A DNA stretch of 48,800 bases from a virus (lineage: Duplodnaviria > Caudoviricetes), in the IMG/VR virus record IMGVR_UViG_3300005573_000129, positions 1 to 48,800 of that record, one strand, 5' to 3'. Below are positions 47,258 through 48,800 of this stretch, piece after piece. Each line of letters begins with the position of its first letter. The first letter of the stretch is position 1. The translations under genes were made by a program, and so were the position numbers. The notes beneath the pieces were generated by a model. It was not told where the DNA came from. It did not search any database and saw only the letters and a list, made by a program, of their open reading frames with translations.

Positions 47258-48244
47258 ATGGGAACTCTGTATGAAGAATTGAAAAAAGCATCTCCTATCA
47301 GCATTAGTTTCCATGATGATGCTGATGGAGTCTATAGTGCAAGTTTGCTATTTTTTGTTGAAGGTATAGAAGTTAGGAAGGTAAAGACAGTGCCTTCAGA
47401 TGAAAGGATTATGGTAGAAAGTCCAAAGGTCTTTGGTGATTACAAGTATAGTGTTGCAGTTGATCTTGGAAGCCCATTAAACAAGAACTGGAATGGCATA
47501 GCAATAGACCATCATCCAAATCATCCAACGGATAGAAAATACAAACTCTTTTGGGATACTGTCCCTACTGGCTTGATTATTTGGAACCATTTGAAGGATT
47601 ATATACCAAAGTCTGAATGGTGGAGAGTTGCTGGCTCTCTTATGGGAGATGCTTCTATAGATTATCTTCCTGCTGAAATATGGGATGAATATCCTGAATT
47701 GTTTGATGAAAAGGGAATTTTGTATCGTGATAGGTATTGGAAGACAAAGATGTCAAGATCACCTTTGTATGTATTCTTGTCCTCTGGAATAAATGCAAGA
47801 TGCAGGCTTGGTGATCCTCTTGGTGCTTTGCAAATGTGCTTGAAGTATAAATCTCCTGTTGATGCAGTTCTTGATCCAGAAGCTATTAGTGCCAAGAAAC
47901 TTCTTGAAGTAGAAGAGACAAATATCCTCAAGCAACAGTTGCCAATTGAAGTCATAGGCAATAAGTTTGCTGTTACTAAAATAAGATCATCAAGACCAGA
48001 ATATTCAATGTCTGGCAAGATTGCTTCAACACTTGCATCACAGTATCCATTTTTGACTATTATAGTCTTGAATGAGTCTAATGGGGAAGTGTCTATCAGA
48101 GGAGTTCTTGCAAAATATGTAGCAGATAAGCTAAATGCAAATGGATTTCAAGCTGGTGGTCATCCAAGTGCTTCTGGATGTACAGTTCCTATTGAAAAGT
48201 TTGATGACTTTATGAAATTCATAAGAAGCCTTGGAGTAAGATGA
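47258..48244 (+). CDS. DHH/DHHA1 phosphoesterase (RecJ/NrnA-like)
   Basis: HDDADG, VDLG, IDHH, GD, SIRG, GGHPSASG. Confidence 0.85.
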   Translation: MGTLYEELKKASPISISFHDDADGVYSASLLFFVEGIEVRKVKTVPSDERIMVESPKVFGDYKYSVAVDLGSPLNKNWNGIAIDHHPNHPTDRKYKLFWDTVPTGLIIWNHLKDYIPKSEWWRVAGSLMGDASIDYLPAEIWDEYPELFDEKGILYRDRYWKTKMSRSPLYVFLSSGINARCRLGDPLGALQMCLKYKSPVDAVLDPEAISAKKLLEVEETNILKQQLPIEVIGNKFAVTKIRSSRPEYSMSGKIASTLASQYPFLTIIVLNESNGEVSIRGVLAKYVADKLNANGFQAGGHPSASGCTVPIEKFDDFMKFIRSLGVR

Positions 48245-48251
48245 TCTTACT
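48235..48251. promoter_or_regulatory. 17-bp palindrome AGTAAGATGATCTTACT over the DHH gene stop codon
   Basis: Read directly; member of the dispersed motif family. Confidence 0.6.
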
Positions 48252-48498
48252 TAATGGAAAAGTTTACAAGAATGAATTCAAACTGTATGAATGGGTGAAC
48301 AATATGGGCAAGATTTCGACAAGCGTTGTACTATCAATTGCGGTTGGAATCCTTTCTTTCGCTACAAAACTTGTTGAAGCAGGCAATTACATTGCAGGTG
48401 GAATACTTGGAGTAATTGGTGTTGTAATTGTTGCTTTGACAGAGTATCTGCGTGAGAAAGGTCTGGTAGAGACTGTTAAGCAAGCATTTGGCAAGTAA
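48241..48498 (+). CDS. small two-TM membrane protein (holin-like); real start may be ATG 48304
   Basis: Two hydrophobic helices and a charged C-terminus; GGGTGA RBS before 48304. Confidence 0.45.
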   Translation: MILLNGKVYKNEFKLYEWVNNMGKISTSVVLSIAVGILSFATKLVEAGNYIAGGILGVIGVVIVALTEYLREKGLVETVKQAFGK

Positions 48499-48800
48499 AT
48501 GTGGAAGAGATTTAGATGCGTAGAGTCTCTTTATTTTTTTCTAAATGCAATAAAGGAAGTATGTGCAAAGTATGCTTGTAACAAATTTTTTGGTAAATAG
48601 CATTAGTGGGGGTACACTAATGTATAGTATATGTGTCTATATCAAGACAGCATTATGCTTGAATATTCTGCAAAAGATGTGGTTAAAAATGAACAACTGT
48701 TATTATATATATATATATATAAAGTTCCGACCATAAGGGAGGAACTTATACACGTGAAGAGTATAGGAAAAATAGCACGGAGGATTGCTATGATAAAGAG

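Larger units (their letters stand above)
1..48800. mobile_element. segment of a tailed archaeal virus or provirus (siphovirus-like)
   Basis: Protease, HK97 capsid, tail tube, tape measure and terminase genes together with archaeal expression signals and PCNA/XPF; no host housekeeping genes. Confidence 0.85.

Noticed and set aside
141-48018. Minus-strand ORFs in the track overlapping long plus-strand genes (e.g. 1858-2307, 22015-22527, 26366-26818, 47662-48018)
   Set aside because: Antisense shadows of well-supported genes, with no motifs or RBS
48704-48747. (TA)n run and AAGTTCC/GGAACTT hairpin
   Set aside because: Probably a promoter or low-complexity tract for a gene beyond the window edge; not enough context
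1-48800. Genome-wide TAG recoding, suggested by the TAG at 26956
   Set aside because: Other TAG codons (3071, 18969, 24870) behave as real stops followed by new RBS/starts, and coding density is already high under the standard code

Overview
This window is a 48.8-kb, AT-rich segment of a tailed archaeal virus (Caudoviricetes-like siphovirus or provirus). The archaeal call rests on GGTGA/GGAGG ribosome-binding sites, TATA-box promoters, oligo-T terminators, a PCNA-like clamp, a stand-alone XPF/ERCC4 nuclease, DUF2341 adhesins and many Zn-ribbon microproteins. Layout: nucleotide/glycan-modification genes (1-1.6 kb); putative fibre/adhesin genes (1.6-8 kb); a 1503-aa multidomain DNA-ligase protein directly upstream of the prohead protease, scaffold and major capsid genes (8-15.5 kb); neck and tail genes with a -1 frameshift chaperone and tape measure (15.6-24.9 kb); terminase genes placed after the tail genes (25-27 kb); a control region with a 60-bp array and an HTH/integrase-core-like gene (28.6-31.6 kb); and early, replication and accessory genes (31.6-48.5 kb). 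No portal, DNA polymerase or primase was recognised in the window. The strongest leads are: (1) the head-module ligase, which also carries an NTase-like and three LigD-phosphoesterase-like domains, with [L/F]-S dipeptides at the inferred domain junctions that also flank the protease domain, suggesting a capsid-packaged, protease-processed DNA end-repair kit; (2) a palindrome AAGATSATCTT(AC) found 16 times across the window, in all three reading frames and at gene junctions; (3) a second DUF2341 gene without a canonical start codon. All protein assignments come from motif reading by eye; no searches were run.
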